This document shows, in pieces, positions 1-12,713 of a stretch of DNA of 64,000 nucleotides (position 1 is the first letter of the stretch; each line of letters begins with the position of its first letter). A program made the position numbers and the translations under genes. The stretch comes from Neovahlkampfia damariscottae (lineage: Eukaryota): NCBI GenBank assembly GCA_016618085.1, contig JABLTG010000013.1, positions 1 through 64,000 on the forward strand. Direction: 5' to 3'. A model generated the notes under the pieces. That model had not been told where the DNA came from and ran no database searches. It was given only the letters and a program-made list of their open reading frames with translations.

Positions 1-2529
1 CTAATCCATTACAATATTTGAAATTTTTCATTTTCTTTGGAACAAGTTCTAAATCCCACATGTGAAGTTTACCCATTAAAGTTAATCTGAATTTATCTTT
101 AACTCTGTTATTTCCTGTTCTTGATCTATCAACGTTGATATAAGCATCAGCAGCAAATAATGAAAATCTTCTACCCATTAAACCAACTTGTAAGTCTGAT
201 CTTTGAATAGCAAGGAATTTCAAATTTTCATCTGAACATTTAACAGGTTGTTTTGAAGCTGCATATCCATGTGATCCAAAATAAACAAATAAAAGTCTAA
301 TACCAAAAACTTTTTCAATATTATGATTATTTGAAGATGAATATGTTGAAAGACGGAATTTACGGTCAACTGAACGAACATATTTCATATAGTGTTTGTT
401 GTAAGTACAGAGTTTTGTTCTTCCAGTTGAACGAATACAACTTTTTCCTAAACTTGAAAGTGTAACTTTTCCAGCAATTTTGTTTTTCAAATCTGTGAAA
501 AAATTTTTTGCTTTGTTTACAACACTAGTAATTGAATCAGCAACAGCTTTAGCAGCTTTTTTAATTGCCCTTCCAACTTTTTTGACGGCTCTTTTAACTC
601 TTCTTGCTGCTTTTTTGACCCATCTTTTAGCACTTCTGAACGCTTTTCTGAACCAACCTAAAGTATTTGCTTGAGTTTCAACTTCCATAGTATTATCTTC
701 TTCTCCATCGTCCGTTACTTCTGCTTCTTCAAAATAATCAGAAATTGCGCTTAAAATTGCTGCAGATTCAGTTTTTGATTGAAGATGTTTGAATTCTTTA
801 ACTGAAGCTCTATTTTCTAAAACTTTTTCTCTTTCAGTTTGAGCATGAATAGCAGCAGTTTTAATTTCTTCATGAAGGTCCGATTGGATAATTTTATGAA
901 CCAATACAGTTGCTTCTTCAGTTAAAGTATGATGTTGAAGAGCATGTGTAGCATCAACTCTTGAATCTAAGGTAATATGATTGGAATGAATTAAACGTTC
1001 AAGAACTGAAACTGGAACTGCATTACCAGCATTTGCAAGTGCTTTAATATGAACACCTAAACCATTTGCATCTCTAGCATTATGCATATTCATTGAAATA
1101 TGTCCAAGAATATGTTGAGCTAATAATTTATTTTGTGTTTTTGAAGCCATGTGAGCAAAAAGAAGATATGCTTGTGATGAAAGAACACCTAAACTCTTTT
1201 CTTCAGAGAATGCTTGAAGTGCATGAACAGATTGATCTGAAGGATTTTGAAGTCCAACAATACTTGTCATTGCTGATTGAGCTGTTGTTGGATTTTTCAT
1301 TGCTTCAAGTAAAACTTTTTCAGCAACAGGTGATTGTGTTGATGCTAATAATGTATGTAATACTTTTTTATATTTTAATTGATCATCTGATGTTGTTTTA
1401 TATTCTTTAATTAAATATCCAAGTGATTTTTCAGAGAATGATTTTGTATATTCTAAAGCTTTGTTAAAAATTTGAATATCTTTTGGATTAGATTGTAATT
1501 TTCTTAAAACTTCTGGAAAATCAGTTGTTCTTTCTAATTTTTCTTTTTGTGATTGTAATGCAAAATCATGTGTTGCTTGACTCATTGAAAGATCTTCAAC
1601 ATGACTATTAGATTCATCTAAAATATTTCTTTCTTTTCTAACTTTAATTGTCTTTTTATAAATGAAACGTGATGCACTTTCAACATTTTGAAGACTTTTA
1701 ACTCTTTCATGATTTTCTGATTTTGGTTTCATTTTTGGAAATTGTTTTTTTAATTTTTCATATTTCTTATTTCCTTTTTTATTTGTACCAACAACAGAAA
1801 AAAATCTATAAAATATGAGTTATTGTTTTTTAATTTACCTTTGATTGACTCTTTGAATTCTTCCACGTCTGTATAAGACTGCAGTTGTTAATCTAAATTT
1901 AGAATCTCTTCTTCTTTCTAATTTTTGAGCTCCAATCTTTTTGATAACATCTCTTGATTTTACTCTTCTTACAATTCTTCTGAGTCCATTTTTAAATGAA
2001 TAAGTATAACGAGCATTCACAAGACCTTCAGCTGATTTTTCAACTCTTCTTCTAAATCTTTTTCCTCTTCTTGTATCCATTTGATAAAATGAAGCAACTG
2101 ATTTTCTGATATTGTAAAGAACCATTGAAATCTTTTGTGAAGAATCAGGTTTATTGCTGTTCATAAATCTTAAAAGTCTTCCATTTTTACTGAGAGTAAA
2201 TACGGAATATTCTTTTTCAGATCCAGCAAATGCCTTTTCATATCTTGTTCCAGCAGCTTTTTGAGAAAGAACAACTTTTTCTGTTCCAACGAAAAAGTTT
2301 CTCAATCCATTGTGTACTTTGCATTGAATGTCAACAGTACCTTTAACTGATAAGTGTTCACCTGGTTTTGCGCCAAATGTTGTAACTGGGGTGGTTTTTT
2401 AAAAAAAGTGGACTTACCGTCACTAACAAACGTATATTGAACTAATTTCCCTTTAGGACAAGTAAGAGCATATCTCGCTGATGCTAATCCCACAATGAGG
2501 ATAATCACGAGAAGTAAGAGTTTGTTCAT
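1..2529 (-). CDS. Secreted large lipid-transfer protein (vitellogenin/MTP-like N-terminal domain); 3' end runs off window
   Basis: Signal peptide MNKLLLLVIILIVGLASA. Introns 2386-2417 and 1806-1838, then an open frame from 1805 to the window edge. Beta-rich N-terminus followed by a helical domain containing IKALANAG (vitellogenin LKALGNAG-like). Confidence 0.65.
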
Positions 2530-2801
2530 CTCTTATGTGTTTGCTGTTGTTGATAGTAGTGAACTCCCATTGGCCAACTTTACAATTTATCAACCAATAA
2601 TTTTTTCGAAATCAGAATTTTTTGATATTCTAAATTTTTACATAGAAATACACGTAGTATGTGACTAGAGATTTTTACATGTCAACCCAAATAATTGGAT
2701 AATCGAAAATAGAAAATTGAATGCCTGCTTTCGAACAAAAATCTGTTACAAAAATCCTTCCAATCAAATTGTAATATATCAATTTTTTCGTCAAGCAGAA
2801 G

Positions 2802-4130
2802 ATGAGTGCGGTTCACCAAAACTCGCGAAAATCCATAATTGAGATATTCAAACGAAATACAAATTCAGAAAAAGACCTCGAAAAGAAGCCCAGTTTTTGG
2901 AATAAAGTTGCACGTTCTGCATCGATGATTTTCACTCAACAACAAAAATTAAATACCAATGAAGAATTTGAAAAAAAGACACCTGAGCACACTTTAACAT
3001 CAGGTTTAAATTCTTCAAATTTTGGAGACTCAGACTCTGAAGACGAAGATGCGGAAGTTATTGTACAAAAAAATAGATTTGAAGTTGATTCATTGACTAA
3101 AGAAGATTTAAGAAAATTAGAAGATGACTTGGCTGCTCTGGAAGATGATTTTCCACTTGTTTTTGACGAAGAAGAAAACGAACTTGATAATGAAAAATTT
3201 AAAACTACCAAACCTGACAATTTAGCATCTGGAAATTTAGAATATACAAACAATTTAGGAAATTTTAATAATTCAATTCTAGTTGATAAAAGAATTGAAA
3301 AAACTCAAAATACTCAAGATGATATTTTTCCATTCAAACAGAAGTCTCAAGAACAAAAAGTAGTGAAAAGATTGAATTCACTTTCAAATATTTTAAATAA
3401 AAATAAAAAAAATGGAACAAGAATTCGTACTTTTTCAGAAATCAAACAAAGTGAAGAAAGAAATTTCAAAAGTGAAAAAAAAAAAATTGAAAAAAAAAAT
3501 TTATCGGAAAATGGAATTAAAAGGTTGAATAGTTTGGGTAGTTGTCAATTTGAAAAGGGAAAAGAAATAACTAGAACAAATTCTTTCATCAATTCAAGTT
3601 TAATGAGAATTGACTCCTCTAAAATCACTTTCAACGGAAAAGACCAAGAAGAGGAGCAAGAAACAGAAGAAGAAGTTGACGAAATGTGTTCATTTCTTTT
3701 TTCTTTTTCAAAAGACGAAGTAATTTTTTTTTGAATTCTGAATTTTTAGTTGCTGCGATTTTTTAATGAAGACAAAGGTGTTACTGATCCAAAAATTGGG
3801 TTTCGAACAAAATCAAGAATGGTTATCAAAAAGAAAAAATTCATGACAGTTTTTTCAGCCATTGATGTCGTAAGTTGGTTTTTTGCAAATCCAGAATTTT
3901 TTGGAAAAAAAAAAATCAAAGTTTCCGATGCCGTTTTGTTTGGAAAATTACTAGAGAAACTAGGAATCATAGAAAACGTTTCAAATCGTAAAAAATTTGA
4001 AGATGTAGATAATTATTATATTTTTAGTCAACCTCTAGAAGACAAAACAACTCAAATCTTAATTGCAAATAAATACCAAGCGGAATGTTCTCATTTTTTT
4101 GAACAACAAATGGATAAAATTACTGTATAA
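2802..4130 (+). CDS. DEP-domain protein
   Basis: Intron 3720-3749 joins the two listed ORFs in phase. C-terminal FSAIDVVSWF...AVLFGKLLEKLGIIENV...FED...YYIF fits a DEP domain. Confidence 0.75.
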
Positions 4131-4138
4131 AATGAATT

Positions 4139-4445
4139 TTATTTTTTACTTATATGTTTTTGATATCTTTCTCTCCAGTATTCTGGAATTTCATCTATTG
4201 TAAGATCTGGTAAACCGTTTGCTTTTCTTCGATCTAAATACCTCAAATAATCTTTAAAACCACCTTTTTTTTTTAAGTTAGTTTTGTAAAAGTTCGCTAA
4301 CCTTCTTCTCGAAACTAGTTTTCTTTTAATTTTAATTTTATTTTACTTCGTTTATTTTAAAGTCGTTATCAAGTGTTTTGTATGCCCCATAACCTAATAA
4401 TGCAGTAATACCAACATAGACACTTGTTTTAAAGGTTCTATTCAT
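4139..4445 (-). CDS. Small (~78 aa) protein with N-terminal hydrophobic helix; 3 exons including a 13-nt micro-exon
   Basis: Spliced translation MNRTFKTSVYVGITALLGYGAYKTLDNDFKINE-FREE-GGFKDYLRYLDRRKANGLPDLTIDEIPEYWRERYQKHISKK*. Not in the ORF track. CCAAT box upstream. Confidence 0.6.
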
Positions 4446-4530
4446 TTCCTTTTAAAACTAGAAAAAAAATTCAAATTGAAGCAACTGAACTTCAACAAAA
4501 AATTATTGGCTAAAAAAAAACAAAAAAAAC

Positions 4531-5060
4531 ATGGGAAAGAAGAAAGCACCTCAACAAAGCAACCAAGAAGAAGGTTGGACGACAGTCGAAAAAAAATCAA
4601 CTTATGTGAAAAAGGAAGTTGATCCAAGTATGAAACAAACATACAATCAACCAAAACCACTCTTTTCTGATAATAAAAATAAAATTGGAAAAATAGGAGG
4701 TTCTGGAGGAAGTGGTGGTTATCAAGGAGAAAAAAAATATAACTCTGGACATAACAAACAAAGAAAACAACCTTCAGGAAATCAAGTTCAAGGTTTCAAT
4801 TTTTTAAATTAAAATTTTTTTTTTTAGATTGGGATGATGACGAAAGTTCACATGATGATGGAAATTCAGCAAAAGAAATTGGTATTAGAATTGCTCAAGT
4901 TAGAACTTCAAAAGGTTTAACTCAAATTGAACTTGCTGGTTTGATTAATGAAAAAGTAACTGTTGTTTCTCAATATGAAAGTGGAAAAGTTGTTGTTAAT
5001 CATCTTATTTTGAAAAAATTTGAAGCAGCTCTTGGAAAAAAATTGAGAAATAAAAAATAA
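4531..5060 (+). CDS. MBF1: Multiprotein bridging factor 1 (EDF1/MBF1)-like HTH protein
   Basis: EGWTTVEKK N-terminus. After one intron: IGIRIAQVRTSKGLTQIELAGLINEKVTVVSQYESGK...LKKFEAALGKKLR. Confidence 0.85.
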
Positions 5061-5178
5061 AAAAAATAAAATTTTTGTTCGTGAAATTTTGTCAGTTGCT
5101 TGGTCATGAGGAACGAAACAAAGTCAGTCCTCTTTCACAAAAATAAAACAATAATTGAATTTTGGAAATATAAAAATT

Positions 5179-5836
5179 TTATCTTTTTCTTTCGAACACT
5201 CTTGTGTTATGTCTTTTCCATGTAGCTCTTCTTGATGGTCTAACTTTTGATGAATTATAACCTTTTGTCATTAAACCTCTATGTTTTCTACCAGAATGAG
5301 TTTTTCCTCTACATTCTCTGTGTTTATGTTTTGAAGCACAAATCCAGTTAATTCTAGGGTCCATTCTAATTTTTTCATGGAAAGAATCAACAAGAACAAC
5401 TTCGAACCATTTGTATTTAGCGTCTTGATTTACCCAGTATGAATGAAGAACTCTGAGATTTGGACATCTTCTTCCAACTTTACCTTCAGCAATAACTTGT
5501 AAATTTCTGTTGTGTTTGATGTGTGAAACACCTTCATTTCTTGGTTTACCTGAAGTTTTACCTTTTGAAACTTGTCTTTTTCTGCAACCTCTTCTAACTC
5601 TTACACGGTAAACAACATATCCTTGTTTAGCTTTATATCCGAGTCTTCTAGCTTTTTCTGGTCTTGAAGGTTTTGAACATCTAACAATTTTTGATTGTTG
5701 TCTGTATTCCCATGCTCTAACTCTGAGTAAAAATCTCATAACATCAGATTGTTTCTTTCTGTAAATTTGGTTCAAATATTTATAAGCTCCTAAAGAAAAT
5801 AAAGTTTTAGTTTCAAATTTGTTAACTCTTACCCAT
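5179..5836 (-). CDS. RPL15: 60S ribosomal protein L15 (eL15)
   Basis: 4-nt first coding exon ATGG plus an intron gives MGAYKYL...[21 protein letters not shown]...[11 protein letters not shown]. Confidence 0.97.
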
Positions 5837-5976
5837 TCTTCAAAAGTTGTTTTTGTTTGGACGAAAAAAAATCTGAGGAAATGAACCTTTTTATTGGTCT
5901 AATTTTTTTAACCAATGAAAAACCATAAAAAATCAAAATTTATTGATAATTGAATTAGAATCAAGATAAAACAATT

Positions 5977-6966
5977 ATGAGTTGCCCAGTATCAAAACAA
6001 ACAGAAGGAGAATGTCCAGTTTCACAAAAAGTAAAAAAAATAACAGTCATCAATGAAGAAAATCAATTTGAAGCAAAATCAGAAGAACAATTAGAAGAAG
6101 AAGAAGAAGAATTTGAAGATTTTAAAAATTTAACACCTGATGAAAAAGAATTTCGTAGACTTCAAAAAACAATGTCAACAATTAAAAAATTTTATGAAAA
6201 TGGGACTGAAGCTAAAAAATCACAATATGATTTTGCAAGTTTAAATCTTGAAAAATTGAAAATTGATATTGAAATGGCAGAAGCACAATTAGAAGGATTT
6301 AATCAAAAACAATCTTATATGGAACATTTAAAACAAAAAGAATATATCAAATTAATAAAAAATGATAAAAGTCATTTAGAAAAACAATTTAAAGAAAGAC
6401 AAGAACAACAAAAAAATTTTGAAGATTTATATAAATGGAGTCAAGAAATTGTTAAAATTTGTGAATGGTTAGAAGTAAATCTTGAAGAATATTGTTTAAA
6501 CAATTTAAAATTAAAATTAAAAAAAAATGAAAAATATGAAAATGTCCCTGAATTATCAAAAGAAGAAAAAGTCATTTTTTCAAAAGGATTAGATGAAATT
6601 ATGAATAATTTAACTGAATCTCAAGATTTCTTTGATGCTTCTGTTGATGGTAGATTATTAGAATTTCAATATATTGAAGCTGAAATTATTAAAAATCAAA
6701 TGGAAATTTTGAAAAAGTTTCCTGAAAATGGTCGTAGAGAATATTTTGAAGATAAATTTAAAAAAGATTTGAAATACTGTGAATCAAGAATTTCATCAGG
6801 AAACGACCCAAATGAAGAAAAAAAAAGAGAAAAAGTTTTGAGAATGCACAAAGAATTTTTAAAGTTATTAAGATTTTTTAGATATAAATGGAATTTATTA
6901 AATGAAGATGTTTCAGATAAAAAGTTTTATGATCCAAAATTTACTCAAGTTTATGTGATTGAATAA
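5977..6966 (+). CDS. Hypothetical helical protein with two N-terminal CPV motifs
   Basis: Intronless 329-aa ORF starting MSCPVS...ECPVS, with CCAAT upstream. Confidence 0.7.
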   Translation: MSCPVSKQTEGECPVSQKVKKITVINEENQFEAKSEEQLEEEEEEFEDFKNLTPDEKEFRRLQKTMSTIKKFYENGTEAKKSQYDFASLNLEKLKIDIEMAEAQLEGFNQKQSYMEHLKQKEYIKLIKNDKSHLEKQFKERQEQQKNFEDLYKWSQEIVKICEWLEVNLEEYCLNNLKLKLKKNEKYENVPELSKEEKVIFSKGLDEIMNNLTESQDFFDASVDGRLLEFQYIEAEIIKNQMEILKKFPENGRREYFEDKFKKDLKYCESRISSGNDPNEEKKREKVLRMHKEFLKLLRFFRYKWNLLNEDVSDKKFYDPKFTQVYVIE

Positions 6967-7121
6967 AAAAAAATAAATTTTTTGATGAAATTTGTTGGAA
7001 TTTTATTTTTATATTTTTTGTTGAGCTATAAATAGATGAATAACTAATTTGATTGGTTATCAAAAAATCTCATCAAAAAACATCAACAAGAACAACTTCA
7101 AGTTCGTCACCATTATTCATC

Positions 7122-7649
7122 ATGGGAAAAGTAATTTTAATAGACTATTAAAACTATAAAAGTTATTCGTATTCACTCTGGAAGGAAAACATATTTATGC
7201 ATGCCACTCTTGTAATAGTCACTTTTCTTTTGAAGAAGAGATAATCAGTAAAGTAAATAACAAAATAATTTTTTAAAATTTCATAGCATTTTCATGGAAG
7301 ACATGGAAAAGCATACCTGTTTAACACAGCGTAAAAAAAAAATCAAATTTTTAAAATTTGTTTTTCCAGTGTAAATTTAACGACAGGAATTGCAGAAGAA
7401 AGAACTTTATTGACTGGTGTTCATGTAGTAGCTGATTTATATTGTAATAAATGCACAGCTTATGTTGGTTGGAAATATATTGATGCTTATGAAGAAAAAG
7501 AAAAATATAAAGTAGGAAAATTTATTTTAGAAAGAGCAAAGATCAAGAAAGAGTTAAACTGGAATTCTCCTTATAATTCAGATGGCGACATTGAAGATGA
7601 TGATGATGAAGAAGAGGAAGATTACGAAGAAGTAGACGACGAGTTTTAA
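7122..7649 (+). CDS. Yippee-like (YPEL/Moh1) zinc-binding protein
   Basis: 4 exons: MGK-LFVFTLEGKHIYACHSCNSH...IISK-HFHGRHGKAYLF...LLTGVHVVADLYCNKC...GWKY...KYKVGKFILE. Confidence 0.92.
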
Positions 7650-7693
7650 AAGATGTAAATGTAAAGTAGAGAATGAAATTGAAAGTATAAATT

Positions 7694-8604
7694 TTACTTT
7701 TGTTGTACAAGAAAATTTTTCAATTCATTTATCCTGGAGTCAATTTGATTGTTTTCTTCAGTTCTTGCAGTAGGTGGACTATTTCCACCAATAATAGCGT
7801 CAAGCTCATTTTCCAAATCCATCGTATCTTCATTTGTCGTTCCAGTTGTTGGTAGAATGGAATTATCAAATAAAGATTGATTCATAAAAAATCCCTTTTC
7901 CTCCATTTGAATAATTTTATCTTCAATTTGTTTTAAACGAAGATTCATTTCTTTCTCTTCTTTCAAATCAAGAAAATTTTCAATATTTTCTACTCGTTTA
8001 CTTAACTCTTTAAAGTGAGTATTTGAACTTGGTTGTATTGATTTCTTTTTCTTCTTTACAATTTCATTTCCATTTTTTTTGAAAAGTTCAATTTCTTCAT
8101 CAATATTCTATTTTTAAAATATTTAATCAAAATGAAAACTTACATCTTCCACCTTGGATTTTTAACACTTTTTTTTTTTTTTTACATTTTCGTAGATTTT
8201 TGGATTTTCTGTTCGGATTGGTAGAGGATTTAATGTTTTTAATTTTTCAATTGACATTCTATCAAAATTACACTGAGTCATTCCATCAACCATTTTTACA
8301 GTACCTGATGTCGAGTTAAGTTTCTTTTGAAAAAAATAAAAAAAAAAAAATGAACAAACTTTGACTCTTGAAGAAAAATTTTGAATTATATTTTGAACAG
8401 AAGTTGATTTTGAATTTTGAATAGGTGACTCTTTTAATAGTACAGCACCTGTATTTTCATAACCAATCTTTTTTTTTTTTTGTTATTATTTTTTTTTTTT
8501 ACATCCACTAAATAGTCATAAATAATTTTATTCACAAATTCAATTGGAATTGTATTATCCTCATCATCAGAAGAATCAAAATCATCAAGTAAATTTCGTT
8601 GCAT
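7694..8604 (-). CDS. Hypothetical multi-exon coiled-coil protein
   Basis: ATG at 8604 (MQRNLLDDFDSSDDED), several short GT-AG introns, last exon matches ORF 7694-7966. Exon model approximate. Confidence 0.55.
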
Positions 8605-8656
8605 CTTTTGATTGTTTATTTACAAATAATTTAATTGGACAATTTGTAACAAACCA

Positions 8657-9483
<827 letters not shown>

Positions 9484-9493
9484 ATAAAAAAAT

Positions 9494-11634
9494 CTATTGT
9501 TGAAGACATTTTTTTCTTTGTTCTTTTGAAGTCAATTGCAATACTTTTGGTGGTATAAATTCTGGAAAATGAACATTAACTTCATCTTCATTATCATGCA
9601 TGTGCACACAACAACGGTATTGTTTTTTTTTGTCTAATTTTGCATAACAATTCAACAACATGCCATTCATGAAAAATCTACAACATCCAATATCCATATC
9701 AACAAACATACCAATACTTGTTTTTGAGTTACCTTTGTGTCCATTTTCACCTTGTAAATTATGTTGATGACCATCAAGACAAACAACCAAATTCTCATTT
9801 GGATATGTTGAATTTGAGTTCATTTTCATTTCTGTTGATAATCCAACTGCCATTAATTTTTTATCATTTAAATTTGTAACTCTAACCTCAAAAAAGAATT
9901 TTCCTTCTGTAAAAACAGATGATGAATAAGCAACAAAATTCCAACCAGTTCTTTCTTTTTTAACACAAACTGAACCATTATCTCTCATTAAAAATGCGTA
10001 TCTTGAACCAATCCATTTGAATTGAGCAGGATTTGCATAATTAAAAAAATCTTCTTCTTCTTCTTCTTCTGTCATTTCTTCAATTTTAATTTCTTCTTCT
10101 TTTGGTTGGTTGAATGAATTTAAAGCTTGTTTTTGATTGTAAATCTCCTTTTGTAAGGTTTCAATCATTTTTTGTTGTTGTTCAAATTCTGCATCTTTTT
10201 TTAAATCTCTTTTATTTGAATGAGATGAAATACTGTTTGGAGCATCTTCTAATGAACTTTGAGATTGAGTTCCTAAAATTTGAGCAAATTTGTCATCAGA
10301 TGAACTACCTGAAATGTGTAAATTTTGATTTTCAGATAATGAATTAATGACAGCAATTTGAGCTCTTTTAACTTTATCTTCTCTTTTTGGTCTCATTTTA
10401 TCTTTACTTTGTTCTTCAGCTTTTGATATTAATAACAATGCTTTTGATTTATTTTCAGCAACATTTAAAACAATTTGAGAATGAATAATATCTGTATATT
10501 TCCATTCATTAGCTTTAACAATTGAAGAATCTTTTTTTCCTGTTGCAAGAGTCACATACAAAAATTTGATCTTTTCACCATCTAATTTAGCACTTTCAAG
10601 TTTGGCTTTTGATGAAATTTCTAAAACTTCTCCATACTGTTTTGAAGAAATTTCTGAAACTGATTTTGTAGTAAGTGCATCAATTTCATCAGTTTCTTTT
10701 TGTATCATATTAACTAGCTTTTGAGTTTCTGTATCATAAGCAAATCTCTGATTTTGATGTTTTAAATTTTCAAAGATACGAAATTCTTGATACTCTAATT
10801 TTTTTTCTTCAAATTCATGTTCACGATTATGAGCTCTTGTTGAAGACTGATAGCCTGTAGTTTTCTCCATAGACTCTTTCAAATCCTAATTTTTTAACTT
10901 TTTTTTTTTTTTCTTACTCTTGGAATGAATATATCTGTAATAGTGATATCTGAACAAACTACTCCAAAAGTTTCCATTTTTTCATTTAATGATCTAATCA
11001 TATCTCCTTCTGGATCCATATTTCTGATGTCATAAGCTTCATAATAAGTGATAGTTCTACAAAGACTTCTAATGGTTTCTTCAACAAAAGAAGAAACAAT
11101 ATGTTGTAATTTTGAAGGTCCAATATTAATATAAAATGCATATGGATCTTCTATATGAATGACAATAATAATATCTACTTGAATCATAACCTGTTGAAAA
11201 ATTAATTTTTTTTGTTATGTACATTGTCAAGTGTTGGACATAGTTTTATTGGCACATCGACAGGTATATAATGTTTAGGTATGACACAAACAATTTTTCT
11301 GTTTAAAAATTAAAAGAAATTCAAAAATAAACTTCCAAATAGGTAACAACATTAAACCTGCTTTAGCAGGTGTTTTGCTGATGACACCCCAACTTGAAGT
11401 CAAAACATAAAGACCCTCTGGTACATATGCCCATAAATGTTTTCTGGTGATATTCAATAGAATCGGTTGTTCACCTTTTGTTTGAACAGAATTTAATTTT
11501 TTTTTTTTTCTACCTGAGGCAAGAGATTCAAAGACTTCAGGGTCACTGAAATAACTTGAAGCCCTTTCAACACTTGATATTCCATGAGATGTCAAAGCAG
11601 TCAAAACCAATGATGAATGTTCTGACTCAGTCAT
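9494..11634 (-). CDS. SPFH/band-7 domain protein with C-terminal SPRY/B30.2 domain
   Basis: Spliced. DVPIKLCPTLDNVMIQVDIIIVIHIEDP...EETIRSL...GVVCSDITITDI (SPFH), a coiled coil, then GKFFFEVRV...MAVGL...IGMFVDMDIG..RFFMNG (SPRY). Confidence 0.75.
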
Positions 11635-11727
11635 GACTTTGTTTTTCACAAGTTCGTTACAAGAAGGTTCTAATGTTGGATATTTGACCAATGAAAATGG
11701 AAGATGTTTTTTATTGGAAAAGTTAAA

Positions 11728-12660
11728 TTAAATCAGCTTTAAAAATATTGTAGATATTGTACAAACTATTATGACTCCTATTAAATCCATTCTATTTGAG
11801 AAAAATGAATTATTTTTTTTGTATTTACAAAACTTGAAGAGTAGGTGATGCATGGACAGGATCAACATTCAATTGATACAAAAGTAATGGTAATAGTGAT
11901 CCTACAAATACAGATGTTATTACGATTAAAAATAAAGAAAAAGAAATGACAAATCCTGAGAAAAAGAGTTAAGAAATTTCAATATTTTTTCAACCTTCAG
12001 TCCAAATGACAGGATTTCCTTCAATCCATTGAAACAGAACAACTCTTATGAAACCAACTATTGCCAATAAAAATCCGATGAAAACTCCATTAAGTTGTTC
12101 TCTTAAAAAAATTATAATTTGATTTTTTGTGTTAATCTCTTTTGTGGCTAATCCTCGAATAAACTTTTTTTTAAAATTAAAAAAAAAGTTTTTTATACTA
12201 TTGAGGTTGACTGGCTACCCGCATTTCCACCCGTTCCTTTTCGATAATTAAAAATTATTTCTTGAAATTACCAATCATCATTGTCAAAAACTAAAAAGAA
12301 AATTTAGAAAAAAATCAAAGTTAAACAATGGCAACAATGAAATGTTTTTTCACTTAAGATTGTCAATTTTTTAAATTTCTTACAAACATCGTCAAAAAAT
12401 GATAAAATCCAAGAAGAGCAACTTTGAAGAATTAGCAGACCTATTAGCCACCCACATCTTTTAAACATGATACCATAATTAGTTATTTCAATAGGTATAG
12501 AATCTGTTTTTGTTATTTCTTCAATTATTTCATTTTCTTTTTCAAAAGTATTTTCTAAATCAATTTCCTCATCGTCATCTTCAAATAGCAACTTATTCTC
12601 CATCTCTATATTTTCTTCATTCACTTTGATTGTTTTTGACTTCTCAACTTCTTCTGACAT
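11728..12660 (-). CDS. MgtE/SLC41-type magnesium transporter
   Basis: RCGWLIGLLILQS...FLTMMIGTGGNAGSQSTSIFIRGLAT...DPVHASP..Q..MDLIGV, assembled across micro-exons. Confidence 0.85.
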
Positions 12661-12713
12661 ATCCTCAAACAAAAAATAAATTCATCCAATCAAAATAAAA
12701 TTTTTTATTTTTT

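Noticed and set aside
480..1410. Hydrophobic plus-strand ORFs 480-674 and 1093-1410
   Set aside because: Antisense shadows of the long minus-strand exon; the same applies to many F/S/L-rich ORFs opposite K/E-rich genes.
5100..5130. Hammerhead ribozyme (ATGAG..CGAAAC..GTC)
   Set aside because: Core CTGANGA is not matched (GTCATGA) and stems I/II cannot form properly.
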